Positions 28,560 to 37,437 of a DNA stretch of 37,538 nt are shown here, in pieces (the stretch's first letter is position 1; each line of letters starts with the position of its first letter). The notes under the pieces are model-generated. The model did not search any database. It had not been told where the DNA came from and saw only the letters and a program-made list of their open reading frames with translations. Both the position numbers and the translations under genes were made by a program. Origin of the DNA: Candidatus Psychracetigena formicireducens (GTDB lineage Bacteria > Coprothermobacterota > HKB111); NCBI GenBank assembly GCA_018725125.1, contig QLTW01000002.1:1-37538 (forward strand), in the 5' to 3' direction.

Positions 28560-28825
28560 TTTCTAAGGTTTAACCGGTCAGTAATGACCACATATCTATG
28601 GAAATCTTTTTTCTTAAGATAACTCAACAGCCTTCTCCGTTGGCCCACTAATTTCAATAAACCCAGTCGTGAATGAAAATCTTTTTTATGAACTTTCATA
28701 TGAGTAGAAAGACTTTGAATCCTTTCAGTAATCAGGGCTATTTGAACCTCAGGAGAGCCAGTATCCTTTTCATGCACAGCGTAACTGGTTATCACCTCAT
28801 TTTTTTTATCTTTTTCTAAAACCAA
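28556..28825 (-). CDS. rpsO: 30S ribosomal protein S15
   Basis: [16 protein letters not shown] and [25 protein letters not shown] start with GGAGG 8 nt upstream. Overlaps the pnp start by 4 nt. Confidence 0.96.
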   Translation of the reverse strand: MVLEKDKKNEVITSYAVHEKDTGSPEVQIALITERIQSLSTHMKVHKKDFHSRLGLLKLVGQRRRLLSYLKKKDFHRYVVITDRLNLRK

Positions 28826-28856
28826 GGATATACCTCCTTCATTTATTATTTATTTA

Positions 28857-29753
28857 TTATACCATAAAATCTGGTACCGACACCATGTTAAGTAAATATC
28901 TTGTTTTTTCTATGTCTCTAGATATTGCTAATCTCAGTTCTTCTGGTCCACTAAATTTCTTCTCTTCTCTTAAATATTTTACCGGGTATATTTCCAGGAA
29001 GTCGCCCATTAAATTTTGTGAGTAGTCTAAAATATGCACTTCAGGTACTATACTGTTACGGTTAAAAGTTGGGCTTATGCCTATATTTAATACACCCATG
29101 TAGAAATTACCCTTATAATTAACCCAGGAAGCATAAACTCCCAGAGGTGGGAGAAGTTTGTAACCAGGATGCCTCATATTAGCAGTTTCGTATCCAATTT
29201 GTGTTCCAATTTTGTTTCCAGCTACCACCACACCGTAAATTAAATAGGGATGCCCTAACATACTATTAGCCTCTTCTAACTTTCCTTCGTTTATTAATAT
29301 CCTGATTTTTGAACTGGAAATAGGTCCTGAAGAGTTGGAAAAAAGTGGCACTACCCTAGCTTCCATACCTATCTCAGAAGCATATTTTACCAGATCAGAA
29401 GCTTCCCCTCCTTTGTCTTTACCGAAAGTAAAGTTCTCTCCGACCACTACCTGGCAAACTTGCATTTCTGTATGTATGCCTCTTAAAAACTCTTCAGCTG
29501 TAGAATTATAAACTGATTCAAAATCAACAACTTCTACCCGAGGAACACCGTATTTTTTGAGTAAAAGAAGCCTTTCTTCTAATGAACTTAAAACCTTGGA
29601 GGTTCGGTTAAAAAATAAAGAGGGTTGAGGCTCAAAAGTGATGGCTGTCAATAATAATCCACACTTTAAAGCCCTATCTTTTGCTTCTTTTATTAACTGT
29701 TGATGTCCAAGGTGGACACCATCAAATGAACCAATAATCACTAATGATTGCAT
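28857..29753 (-). CDS. ribF: Bifunctional riboflavin kinase / FMN adenylyltransferase
   Basis: True N-terminus MQSLVIIGSFDGVHLGHQ (ATG at 29753). The 35-codon track extension overlaps nrnA and lacks similarity. The C-terminal riboflavin kinase region includes PTFN and EVHILD. Confidence 0.92.
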   Translation of the reverse strand: MQSLVIIGSFDGVHLGHQQLIKEAKDRALKCGLLLTAITFEPQPSLFFNRTSKVLSSLEERLLLLKKYGVPRVEVVDFESVYNSTAEEFLRGIHTEMQVCQVVVGENFTFGKDKGGEASDLVKYASEIGMEARVVPLFSNSSGPISSSKIRILINEGKLEEANSMLGHPYLIYGVVVAGNKIGTQIGYETANMRHPGYKLLPPLGVYASWVNYKGNFYMGVLNIGISPTFNRNSIVPEVHILDYSQNLMGDFLEIYPVKYLREEKKFSGPEELRLAISRDIEKTRYLLNMVSVPDFMV

Positions 29754-30733
29754 ATACCAATTTTTCCTTTTATAATATCTAATATTTCCTTTAAGACTAA
29801 ATTTAGTTCTCCAGATATGGTAAACCCTGCTGCACGAGGGTGTCCTCCTCCACCCCATATTGAGGCAAGGGAATTAACATCAACTTCTCCTTTTGACCTG
29901 AGGCTAACCCTTAATATAGATGGCTCCACCTCCCTGATGAGTAAGGCTAACCGGCAATCCCGGTATCTCCTGAAAAATTCCACTAAACCTTCAGAATCAC
30001 CATCTTTTACATTGAGGGTTGAATAAATCTGGTTAGGTATGCTACTCCAAATAATTCCATACTCATCCTCATATTGGCAATTATAGATGGCATACCCCCA
30101 TAACTTCATCTGCCTTTTATTCATATTTTCTTTAACTGAACGGTGAATCTCAGAAATACTTACGCCATTTTTATAAAGATAAGTAACTATCTCTAAGGTA
30201 TCTAGCCCAGCTGCTGCAAAGGCAAGATAGCCCGTATCTGTAAGAATCCCCATTAAAAATAACCTGGCTGATTCCTTTGGTAAAGCTTGCTCTCCCTTAA
30301 GAAGTCTGACTAACCCTTCGCAGGTGGAGGACCATTTTGGTTCTACCCAGTTAAAGTCACCAAATAAATCATTGCTTACATGGTGGTCAATATTGAAAAT
30401 AACTGAGCTCGTTTCAGTTGTAGCTAAATCTTTCAAAATAGTTCTGGATGTATTTGCTGAATCAAGAACCACTATCCCTTTATACTTGCTAAACTCATCG
30501 GGATTCGTTAAATATTCATAATCTTCTTTATTTATAAGATTGTTATACGCTGAAGGAAGGCTTTCGCTAAGTAAAACCGTAGAACTAAGAGAATGATAAT
30601 TTAGAAAAGTTTTTAAACCAAATATCGCACCAATAGCGTCTCCATCAGGATTTTCATGCGTGATGATTAATAAAGGGGTATGTTTTGCTAATAATTCTAA
30701 AAAGTTATTACTGGTTACCTTTTTTGATTTCAT
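29741..30733 (-). CDS. nrnA: DHH/DHHA1 phosphoesterase (NrnA-type nanoRNase / pAp phosphatase)
   Basis: ITHENPDGDAIGA, DHH (NIDHHVSN) and GGGHPRAAG motifs. 330 aa. Confidence 0.85.
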   Translation of the reverse strand: MKSKKVTSNNFLELLAKHTPLLIITHENPDGDAIGAIFGLKTFLNYHSLSSTVLLSESLPSAYNNLINKEDYEYLTNPDEFSKYKGIVVLDSANTSRTILKDLATTETSSVIFNIDHHVSNDLFGDFNWVEPKWSSTCEGLVRLLKGEQALPKESARLFLMGILTDTGYLAFAAAGLDTLEIVTYLYKNGVSISEIHRSVKENMNKRQMKLWGYAIYNCQYEDEYGIIWSSIPNQIYSTLNVKDGDSEGLVEFFRRYRDCRLALLIREVEPSILRVSLRSKGEVDVNSLASIWGGGGHPRAAGFTISGELNLVLKEILDIIKGKIGICNH

Positions 30734-31055
30734 TTAAAATTTCATCAACTCTAAAACCTTTCTCAATAGAATAGTCTTCAAAAAAGGTAAAATCAGGAAT
30801 ATATCTGGTCCTGATTCTCTTGGCGAGTTCCCTCCTTATCCATGGAGAGTTATTATTCATAATGTTTACCGATAATTTCTTTTCTCGGGGTGTACCATAA
30901 GTACTAAGATATATTGAAGCATGTTTAAGGTCGGGGGAAATCTCTACTCCGGTAACGGTGGTATGTGTAAGAGCTGGATTTCCCATATCTTTTATTAGTA
31001 TTTCGCCGATTTCTTTTTTTATCTGGGATTCCAATCTTTCTTTTTTAAAACTCAA
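30708..31055 (-). CDS. rbfA: Ribosome-binding factor A
   Basis: 115 aa with RLESQIKKEIGEIL... and IRTRYIPDFTF. Conserved position after infB. Confidence 0.92.
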   Translation of the reverse strand: MSFKKERLESQIKKEIGEILIKDMGNPALTHTTVTGVEISPDLKHASIYLSTYGTPREKKLSVNIMNNNSPWIRRELAKRIRTRYIPDFTFFEDYSIEKGFRVDEILNEIKKGNQ

Positions 31056-31057
31056 AT

Positions 31058-31345
31058 CTAAACCTCCAGAACTTTCACTTCTCTACCTACGACCAGGCAA
31101 TCAAAGTTATCCTCAATGGCATCTATAGCTTTATTTAAGGTTGACATAGCCATCATTCTGGAATGTGCTGCCCGAGTTAATTCTAGAACTGAAATACTCG
31201 CGACATCCTCAGTATTAATCTCCACTAATGAAAGCTCATAATTCTTTTTTAAAAATGCTGAAATCCTTCTCATGAGATTTCTTTTATCTTTTAGTGTTTT
31301 AATACCTGGCAGTCTTAAGACTACTTTGCCAGTACCAATAGACAT
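31058..31345 (-). CDS. ylxP: DUF503 family protein (YlxP-like)
   Basis: 95 aa with LRLPGIKTLKDKRNLMRRI, the DUF503 signature. Conserved position between infB and rbfA. Confidence 0.85.
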   Translation of the reverse strand: MSIGTGKVVLRLPGIKTLKDKRNLMRRISAFLKKNYELSLVEINTEDVASISVLELTRAAHSRMMAMSTLNKAIDAIEDNFDCLVVGREVKVLEV

Positions 31346-31351
31346 TATATA

Positions 31352-33133
31352 CTATTCCTTAATAAAAAACTCTATCTCGTCGTTTTCAAAAAAATCCTGA
31401 TAACCTTCCAGACGAATACCGCATTCCGTTCCTGCGGGTACTTCCTTAGCGTCATCTTTAAATCTTCTTAAAGAGGCGATCTTACCCTCTCTTATGACAA
31501 CCCCATCTCTAATTACCCTAACTGAAGAGCTCCTCACTGCCTTACCGGAAGTAACCAGGCACCCAGCAACTATACCTATTTTAGGAACCTTAAAAAGTGC
31601 TTGTATTCTGGCTTTGCCTATTACCTTTTCTACTTCTACCTTAACTACCGCTCCCTTGAGCAAATTCTCTATATCCTCTAAAGCCTGGTATATAATTCGG
31701 TACAGTTTTATAGGAATATTTAATTCTTCAATAAGCTGATTTGCTTGAGGGTCAGGCCTAACATTAAATCCCACAATGACAGCACGGGAAACATAAGCTA
31801 AATTGACATCAGAGCTATTAATTCCTCCTATATCCTGGTGTAGAATCATAGGAGTAATACCCTCATGAGAAAGCTTCAATATGGACTGACTTAAAGCCTC
31901 CATAGACCCAACAGAGTCTGTTTTTAAAATAATATCAACAGTTTTGCGCTCCTGTTCTCCTCTTTTGATTAGTTCATCCAGGCTGGGAAGAGGTTTGGCA
32001 GTTTGCTCTATGGGTGTTTTTTGCTGGTCTGAAAGCTTATCGCGAGCCTCTTTGCTGGTGATTATTCTCATCAGGGAGCCCGCTGGAGGAATTTGCTCAA
32101 AGCCACTTATTTCAACAGGTATTGATGGTAACGCCTCTTTTAATTGTTTACCGAAGCTATCAACCAGAGATTTGGTTTTACCTACCACTTCATCAGCCTC
32201 AATATAATCACCAATCCTGAGTATCCCTTCTTTTAATATTACTGTGGCCAGGGGTCCTCTACCTTTATCCATTCTGGATTCAATGATTACCCCATTAGCT
32301 GGTACTCCAAGATCGGTTTTTAATTCCAGGATTTCAGTAAAAGTTAACACCATTTCTAATAATTCCTGGATGTTGGTACCTACTTTAGCTGATACATCAA
32401 CATATACGGTATCCCCACCCCAAACATCTGGCAACAATCCATAGGATGACAATTCTTGCCTTATTTTCTGGTTATCTGAGCCAGGTTTGTCAATTTTGTT
32501 TACTACTACCATTACCGGTACTTTAGCTGCCTTAGCATGGTTTAATGCCTCCAGGGTTTGAGGTCTAATTCCTTCATCAGCAGCTACTACCAGTAAAACC
32601 AGGTCAGTAACCTGGGCTCCCCGGGCACGCATTGAGGTAAAAGCTTCATGACCAGGAGTATCAATAAAGGTGATAGATTTATTTTTTACTTTTACCTCAT
32701 ATGCACCTATTTTTTGAGTTATTCCTCCCACCTCGCCGCTTGCCACAGCTGTTTTCCTGATAGTATCTAATAAAGTTGTTTTACCGTGGTCAACATGACC
32801 CATGACAGTAACCACTGGTGCTTTAGTGATTATGCTGGTTTCTTTCTTTGCTTCAGGTTTAGCTGGTGGAGTAGGTTTCTCTATTTTAACTTCTTTAATT
32901 ATGGAAGGAGGTATCCCTGTCTTAGATGCTTCAGTTGGAGGTATGTCAAGTATTGGTTCTGGAGTAGTCTCTTTCTTACTTAACAGCTCTATGACCATCT
33001 GAGTGGTATCTTCATCAATTTTTTTAGATGTTTCGGCTACCTTAAGACCCAAAGATAGTAAGGCTTTTATAACTTCTTTTACATCTAATCCATTTTTTTT
33101 AGCCAATTCACGCGGGCTTAATTTGCTCATCAT
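31352..33133 (-). CDS. infB: Translation initiation factor IF-2 (short N-terminal form)
   Basis: G domain VMGHVDHGKTTLLD, DTPGHEAF and NKID. 593 aa. Confidence 0.97.
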   Translation of the reverse strand: MMSKLSPRELAKKNGLDVKEVIKALLSLGLKVAETSKKIDEDTTQMVIELLSKKETTPEPILDIPPTEASKTGIPPSIIKEVKIEKPTPPAKPEAKKETSIITKAPVVTVMGHVDHGKTTLLDTIRKTAVASGEVGGITQKIGAYEVKVKNKSITFIDTPGHEAFTSMRARGAQVTDLVLLVVAADEGIRPQTLEALNHAKAAKVPVMVVVNKIDKPGSDNQKIRQELSSYGLLPDVWGGDTVYVDVSAKVGTNIQELLEMVLTFTEILELKTDLGVPANGVIIESRMDKGRGPLATVILKEGILRIGDYIEADEVVGKTKSLVDSFGKQLKEALPSIPVEISGFEQIPPAGSLMRIITSKEARDKLSDQQKTPIEQTAKPLPSLDELIKRGEQERKTVDIILKTDSVGSMEALSQSILKLSHEGITPMILHQDIGGINSSDVNLAYVSRAVIVGFNVRPDPQANQLIEELNIPIKLYRIIYQALEDIENLLKGAVVKVEVEKVIGKARIQALFKVPKIGIVAGCLVTSGKAVRSSSVRVIRDGVVIREGKIASLRRFKDDAKEVPAGTECGIRLEGYQDFFENDEIEFFIKE

Positions 33134-33401
33134 TCCTCTGTTTTATATACTCCGTTAAATAGGCAAGTATATTGCTGGCTTCTTTGGTAGCAACATCTAA
33201 CTTTAAATGTTTATCAAGAATACCTTTTTTCAATATACCCTTGATACATCCGATTTGAGGGCATACATAAGCTCCTCTACCGGATAGTTTATAACTAAAA
33301 TCGCACTGAACACAATTATTAATTCTCACTAACCTTAGCAATTTACTCTTAGGTAGCTCACTTTTACATACAATACAAGTTCTTAATGGATTAGTTTTCA
33401 C
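33108..33401 (-). CDS. ylxR: YlxR/DUF448 family RNA-binding protein
   Basis: PLRTCIVCKSELPKSKLLRLV and GRGAYVC motifs. Lies between nusA and infB. Confidence 0.9.
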   Translation of the reverse strand: MKTNPLRTCIVCKSELPKSKLLRLVRINNCVQCDFSYKLSGRGAYVCPQIGCIKGILKKGILDKHLKLDVATKEASNILAYLTEYIKQRNDEQIKPA

Positions 33402-34450
33402 TCTTCCTCTATTATATCTATTTTTACACCGGTTAAGCGAGCAGCCAAATGAACATTTAAACCCCGAGAACCGATAGCTACTGACTTAGCGTTCCCCGTC
33501 TTAGAGACAAAAACTCTGGCAACTTTTTCTCGAGTACCTTCAGGATTATTTAGTTCTACAATCTCCACTCTGCTTACCTGTGCTGGACTTAACGCACTCA
33601 TAACATACTCTTTTAAGTCTTTATTCCATTTGATAATATCAATTCTTTCACCTTTAAGTTCGTGAATTATACTTTGAATACGATGACCCTTTGGCCCAAT
33701 GCATAAACCTACCGGTTCAATTCTATCGTTACGGGAACGAACAGCTACTTTTGACCTTAAGCCGCCTTCTCTAACTATATCCACAATTTCTACTTGACCC
33801 TGTTGTATTTCTGGAATCTCCATTTCCATAATTTTCCTTAAAAGTCCCGGGTGAGATCTGGACACAATAACCAATGGGTCTCGCCTCGTTTGTTCTACTT
33901 TTAAAATATAAACTTTCAGTCTATCACCCATGTTGTATTGTTCCTGACCCTGTTCTTTATTGGGCAAGAGTCCTTCACCTACGGATAGTTTAACATAATA
34001 CCCTTTAGTGTCACTTCTCCATATCTGGCCTAAAATAATATCTCCCTCGCGAGCTGCAAAACTACTGATGATAGCCTCTCTTTCTCCTTCACGAACAGCC
34101 TGGGATATTATTTGCCTGGCTACCTGAATAGCAATCCTCCCAAACTCCTTGGGGATTGGTAGGTATATGTCCACAGAGTCGCCTATTTGAACCGCCGGGT
34201 TAAAACTTAAAGCTTCTGTCAGATTAATTTCCATAGCTTGGTCCAGCACCTCTTCCACCACTTTTTTCCTGACCAATAATCTAAGTTCGCCGCTTTTTTC
34301 ATTAATATCTACAAAAAATTCGCCTGCACCATACTTCTTTCTATAAGCCGAGGTAATTCCTTTTTTAATTCCTTCAATAATCTTGATTTTAGGAATGCCT
34401 TTCAGTTTCTCTATTTCTTCAACTGCTGAAATCAACTCTCTGCTTGCCAT
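33398..34450 (-). CDS. nusA: Transcription termination/antitermination factor NusA
   Basis: N-terminal domain, S1 domain and two KH domains (CIGPKGHRIQSI, AIGSRGLNVHLA). 350 aa, with no AR repeats. Confidence 0.97.
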   Translation of the reverse strand: MASRELISAVEEIEKLKGIPKIKIIEGIKKGITSAYRKKYGAGEFFVDINEKSGELRLLVRKKVVEEVLDQAMEINLTEALSFNPAVQIGDSVDIYLPIPKEFGRIAIQVARQIISQAVREGEREAIISSFAAREGDIILGQIWRSDTKGYYVKLSVGEGLLPNKEQGQEQYNMGDRLKVYILKVEQTRRDPLVIVSRSHPGLLRKIMEMEIPEIQQGQVEIVDIVREGGLRSKVAVRSRNDRIEPVGLCIGPKGHRIQSIIHELKGERIDIIKWNKDLKEYVMSALSPAQVSRVEIVELNNPEGTREKVARVFVSKTGNAKSVAIGSRGLNVHLAARLTGVKIDIIEEE

Positions 34451-34451
34451 C

Positions 34452-34913
34452 TTATATCTCCGGGGCTAAATTAGCCTGTAATATTAATCTAAAATTAATT
34501 GTTACCAATCCTTTTTCCCCTAAATCTAAGGTTAGACTGTTTTCTCCTGTACGAATAATTACTCCTGTTACCTCTAAAGTATTATTCATTTCATCCCGAT
34601 ACAAAACTCTAATTCTTTGACTCAAAAATAGCTCATACTCTTTTTGGTGCTTGATTTTTCTGAATAAACCAGGTGAGGATACTTCCAGAGTATAACTCCC
34701 TGGCATAAAATCTTCTTCATCAAGCAACAGTTCAACTTCTCGGGACACCTGTTCACAATCCACTAAAGAAACCTGCTTCTCTTTTCTATACAGATATAAG
34801 CGGATCAAAGAATTAGTTTTACTGGGAAAATATTCCACTTCCAGCAGCACAAGTCCTCTGGATTCAGCCACTTCTCGGGCAATCTCCTCAATTCTTTCTT
34901 CCACTTTTTTCAT
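34452..34913 (-). CDS. rimP: Ribosome maturation factor RimP
   Basis: MKKVEERIEEIAREVAESRGLVLLEVEY is a typical RimP N-terminus. ATG at 34913 with AAGAGGA RBS. The track's 18-codon upstream extension is encoded by the leader hairpin. Confidence 0.9.
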   Translation of the reverse strand: MKKVEERIEEIAREVAESRGLVLLEVEYFPSKTNSLIRLYLYRKEKQVSLVDCEQVSREVELLLDEEDFMPGSYTLEVSSPGLFRKIKHQKEYELFLSQRIRVLYRDEMNNTLEVTGVIIRTGENSLTLDLGEKGLVTINFRLILQANLAPEI

Positions 34914-34937
34914 CTCAATCCTCTTATATATAACAAT

Positions 34938-34961
34938 ATAGGAGTGGTTTTCCACTCCTAT
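34938..34961 (-). promoter_or_regulatory. Leader hairpin in the rimP-nusA 5' UTR (10-bp perfect stem, 4-nt loop); candidate attenuator
   Basis: ATAGGAGTGG-TTTT-CCACTCCTAT, read directly. On the minus strand it is followed by AUUGUUAUAUAUA and then the RBS, 24 nt upstream of the rimP ATG. Confidence 0.55.
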
Positions 34962-34985
34962 TAACATCTTTATTTAATTGTCTAT

Positions 34986-35014
34986 ATTATATTACACCCC
35001 AGTGTAACTGTCAA
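34986..35014 (-). promoter_or_regulatory. Consensus sigma-70-type promoter for the rimP-nusA-infB array
   Basis: The minus strand reads TTGACA (35014-35009), a 17-nt spacer, then TATAAT (34991-34986). Both hexamers are perfect consensus with optimal spacing. The predicted TSS is near 34979. Confidence 0.7.
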
Positions 35015-35100
35015 GGCGAATTATCTTATCAATAATCTATCCGAAACTTGATTATTGCTTTCTATACATATTGTAAAGTGGATTGACCTGGCTCTTCAAC

Positions 35101-35127
35101 TTGACTAACCCTTTATTAGGGTATAAT
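35101..35127 (+). promoter_or_regulatory. Possible promoter of the TPR-like gene
   Basis: TTGACT (35101-35106) and TATAAT (35122-35127), but the spacer is only 15 nt, which is suboptimal. Confidence 0.3.
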
Positions 35128-35195
35128 AATTCAGAAACTGTTAAGAACAGATTTATTAAATAACCATATTTTAATGGTTACGGAGGATAGGATCT

Positions 35196-37325
35196 GTGTT
35201 AGATAAAAAATATAATAAGTATAAGATAGGATTGCTGGCGGTAATGATACTGTTAACACTTACTTTATCTATTTTTATGACTTATTACTTTAGTCCTGAA
35301 GCCACCTCCGAAAGAGTTCTGGCAAATTCCCTTAAAACCCTTGATAAAGGCAATAAAGCTCTGGATTATAGCTTTGAAAAATCTTACTTTTACTTTAGTC
35401 ATGCCTTACAAGAATGGGAGAAAATTCTTGCTCACTACCCTGAAACCAGAACTGCTAAAAAAATTATGAGTGAAGAATTGATATTTAATTCATTGAACCT
35501 TAAAAACTTAACAAACAAAGTATCAGAACTTAAGTTCAAGTCAGAGGCTGAAAAAGACCCCCTTAGACTTGCCCAGCTAATTGCTGAAAAATTTGAAGAT
35601 ATTTACCAAGCTCAATTGACAGTTAGTATTAATAGAATTATTGAAAGGTATATAGAGCTTGAAGATCTTGGAGAGGCTGTTGAGTTAACTAACGAATTAA
35701 GGAATATTCTTGATCGGTACGAAAACTACTTAAAGGTGGCAGAAAAGGCAGCTTTCCTAAACCATGAGGAAATTTTGAATTATTCTGTAGATAAAGCGAT
35801 TAAAGAGCTCACTATATTGATGGATCCTAAAAAAAGAGAATATGACAATGGAACTATTAACACTATTGCTTTTTTGCCAACTATTACAAAACTTGGCTTT
35901 GGCGACAGGGTTCTAGAATATCTTATTGCTTCAGAGAATCAAATTGACGATTTTTACCTTACTTCAAGTATGCTTGAAACAATTATTTCCAATTTAAAAA
36001 ATATAAAAGATTTGGATAATATTTATGAGCATTTACATTTCTTTGAAAGCGCTTATGTAAAAGCTGAAGCTTTATACAATTTATCCTTAAGGTATAGGCA
36101 ACTTGGTGATAATAATAAAAGTTCTGAATTACTTACCGAAGCAATTAAATACGCCCTTAATATCAATGAAAATGTTAACTTTCTTAAAAGACACTTATTA
36201 GCGATGATAGCTTATGAATATGCAAAACTTGGTAATTATGAGGATGCAGTTGCAATTGGGAAGCATCTTATTTCTGATGAGGATAAAGATATACTCTACC
36301 ACCAGATAGTCCGGGGATTTATTCATGGTGGTTTCTTGGACCTCGCCTTGGAATCTTCAAGCTTAATAAAATCACCTATAGAACAGGACAGTGCACTTTC
36401 TAATATTATTGAAAAGTTAGCTGAAAGGAAATTATTTACCGATGCTTTTAAAATGGTTGACCTAATAAAAGATGAGCATTTAATAGATGGTGCGTTCGGA
36501 AAGATAGCAAGTCAGTACCTAATTTCAGGAGATTTAGAAAGTGCCTGGGAAACCATAAATAAAGTCAAAACAGTCTTTCCCAAAACAAACCTGATGATAA
36601 AACTTGCCAATAGCCATTTAATTGAAGGGGAGCAGGAAAGGGCAGTTACCATTCTATTTAAGGCTCTTGAAGTAGCTAAAAATGAAAAAGACGCCACAGC
36701 TAAACCCTTGTTAAAGATAGATATTGCCGTAGAGCTTAGCCAGGTTGGTAGATTAAAAGATGCCCTGGAGATAATTCAAAACCTGGATGAAGATAGATTT
36801 AAACTATTAGGAAGAAACAAAATTGCACAAAATTTTGCTAACCAAAATAATCCTGAAAAAGCTCTGGAAATAATTAAAGATATGTGGCATGGGGACCTTA
36901 AGGATGAGGTTCTTGAATTAGTAGCCTCTAAATATGCAAAAGATGGAGAAATAGAAAAAGCAATTACTTTAGCCAATAAGGTGAAAAATACATCACTGCG
37001 ATATCGTGCCTATAAAAGTATTGCTTTGGCCTATGGTGGCTTACCAGAAGAGGAAAAAGCCTTCCTTTGGGTAAATAAAATATATGATGGGTGGATGCGT
37101 AGCGCGGTTCTGTCTAATTTAGCAAATTTATATGCTGAAAGAGAGGAGTATTACTCATCGATGAAAGCAATTCAGAAATTAGATTTTGCATGGAATAGTA
37201 CTGATATTTTTCATGCTACCGAGTCGCTGATTAAAATGAGCAGGTTTTTGCATGATAGAAAGCAAGAACTTGATGAACAGACCAAGATGGTAGCTTACGA
37301 AATGATAAAAAGACTTTTTCCATAA
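35196..37325 (+). CDS. Membrane-anchored helical-repeat (TPR-like) protein, uncharacterised
   Basis: GTG start with GGAGG 9 nt upstream. N-terminal TM IGLLAVMILLTLTLSIFMTYYF. At least 8 degenerate ~35-40-aa repeats of the type [I/L]A..Y...G....A......I, for example MIAYEYAKLGNYEDAVAIGKHL, KIASQYLISGDLESAWETINKV and LVASKYAKDGEIEKAITLANKV. Confidence 0.7.
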   Translation: MLDKKYNKYKIGLLAVMILLTLTLSIFMTYYFSPEATSERVLANSLKTLDKGNKALDYSFEKSYFYFSHALQEWEKILAHYPETRTAKKIMSEELIFNSLNLKNLTNKVSELKFKSEAEKDPLRLAQLIAEKFEDIYQAQLTVSINRIIERYIELEDLGEAVELTNELRNILDRYENYLKVAEKAAFLNHEEILNYSVDKAIKELTILMDPKKREYDNGTINTIAFLPTITKLGFGDRVLEYLIASENQIDDFYLTSSMLETIISNLKNIKDLDNIYEHLHFFESAYVKAEALYNLSLRYRQLGDNNKSSELLTEAIKYALNINENVNFLKRHLLAMIAYEYAKLGNYEDAVAIGKHLISDEDKDILYHQIVRGFIHGGFLDLALESSSLIKSPIEQDSALSNIIEKLAERKLFTDAFKMVDLIKDEHLIDGAFGKIASQYLISGDLESAWETINKVKTVFPKTNLMIKLANSHLIEGEQERAVTILFKALEVAKNEKDATAKPLLKIDIAVELSQVGRLKDALEIIQNLDEDRFKLLGRNKIAQNFANQNNPEKALEIIKDMWHGDLKDEVLELVASKYAKDGEIEKAITLANKVKNTSLRYRAYKSIALAYGGLPEEEKAFLWVNKIYDGWMRSAVLSNLANLYAEREEYYSSMKAIQKLDFAWNSTDIFHATESLIKMSRFLHDRKQELDEQTKMVAYEMIKRLFP

Positions 37326-37413
37326 ATTAAATTCGCTACCCTCTTAATCATCCTTATAATTGCATTAAAATAAGCTATCTCAAGCTCATTGATTGCCTTC
37401 TATAAAGATTAAA

Positions 37414-37427
37414 AAGGTGTTGACCTT
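37414..37427 (-). terminator. Weak hairpin plus T-run downstream of the right-edge minus-strand ORF
   Basis: The minus strand reads AAGGT-CAAC-ACCTT followed by TTTTAATCTTT. The stem is only 5 bp. Confidence 0.25.
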
Positions 37428-37437
37428 ACCCTATAAT

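Noticed and set aside
28857-29858. Track versions of ribF (333 aa), rimP (171 aa, start 34967) and rpsT (90 aa, start 18088) with N-terminal extensions
   Set aside because: The extensions lack family similarity. They overlap the upstream gene (ribF) or are encoded by the leader hairpin (rimP). Internal starts have proper RBSs and give canonical N-termini.
37420-37437. TTGACC ... TATAAT read as a sigma-70 promoter
   Set aside because: The spacer is only 6 nt, which is incompatible with sigma-70 geometry. It is retained only as part of a repeated-motif observation.
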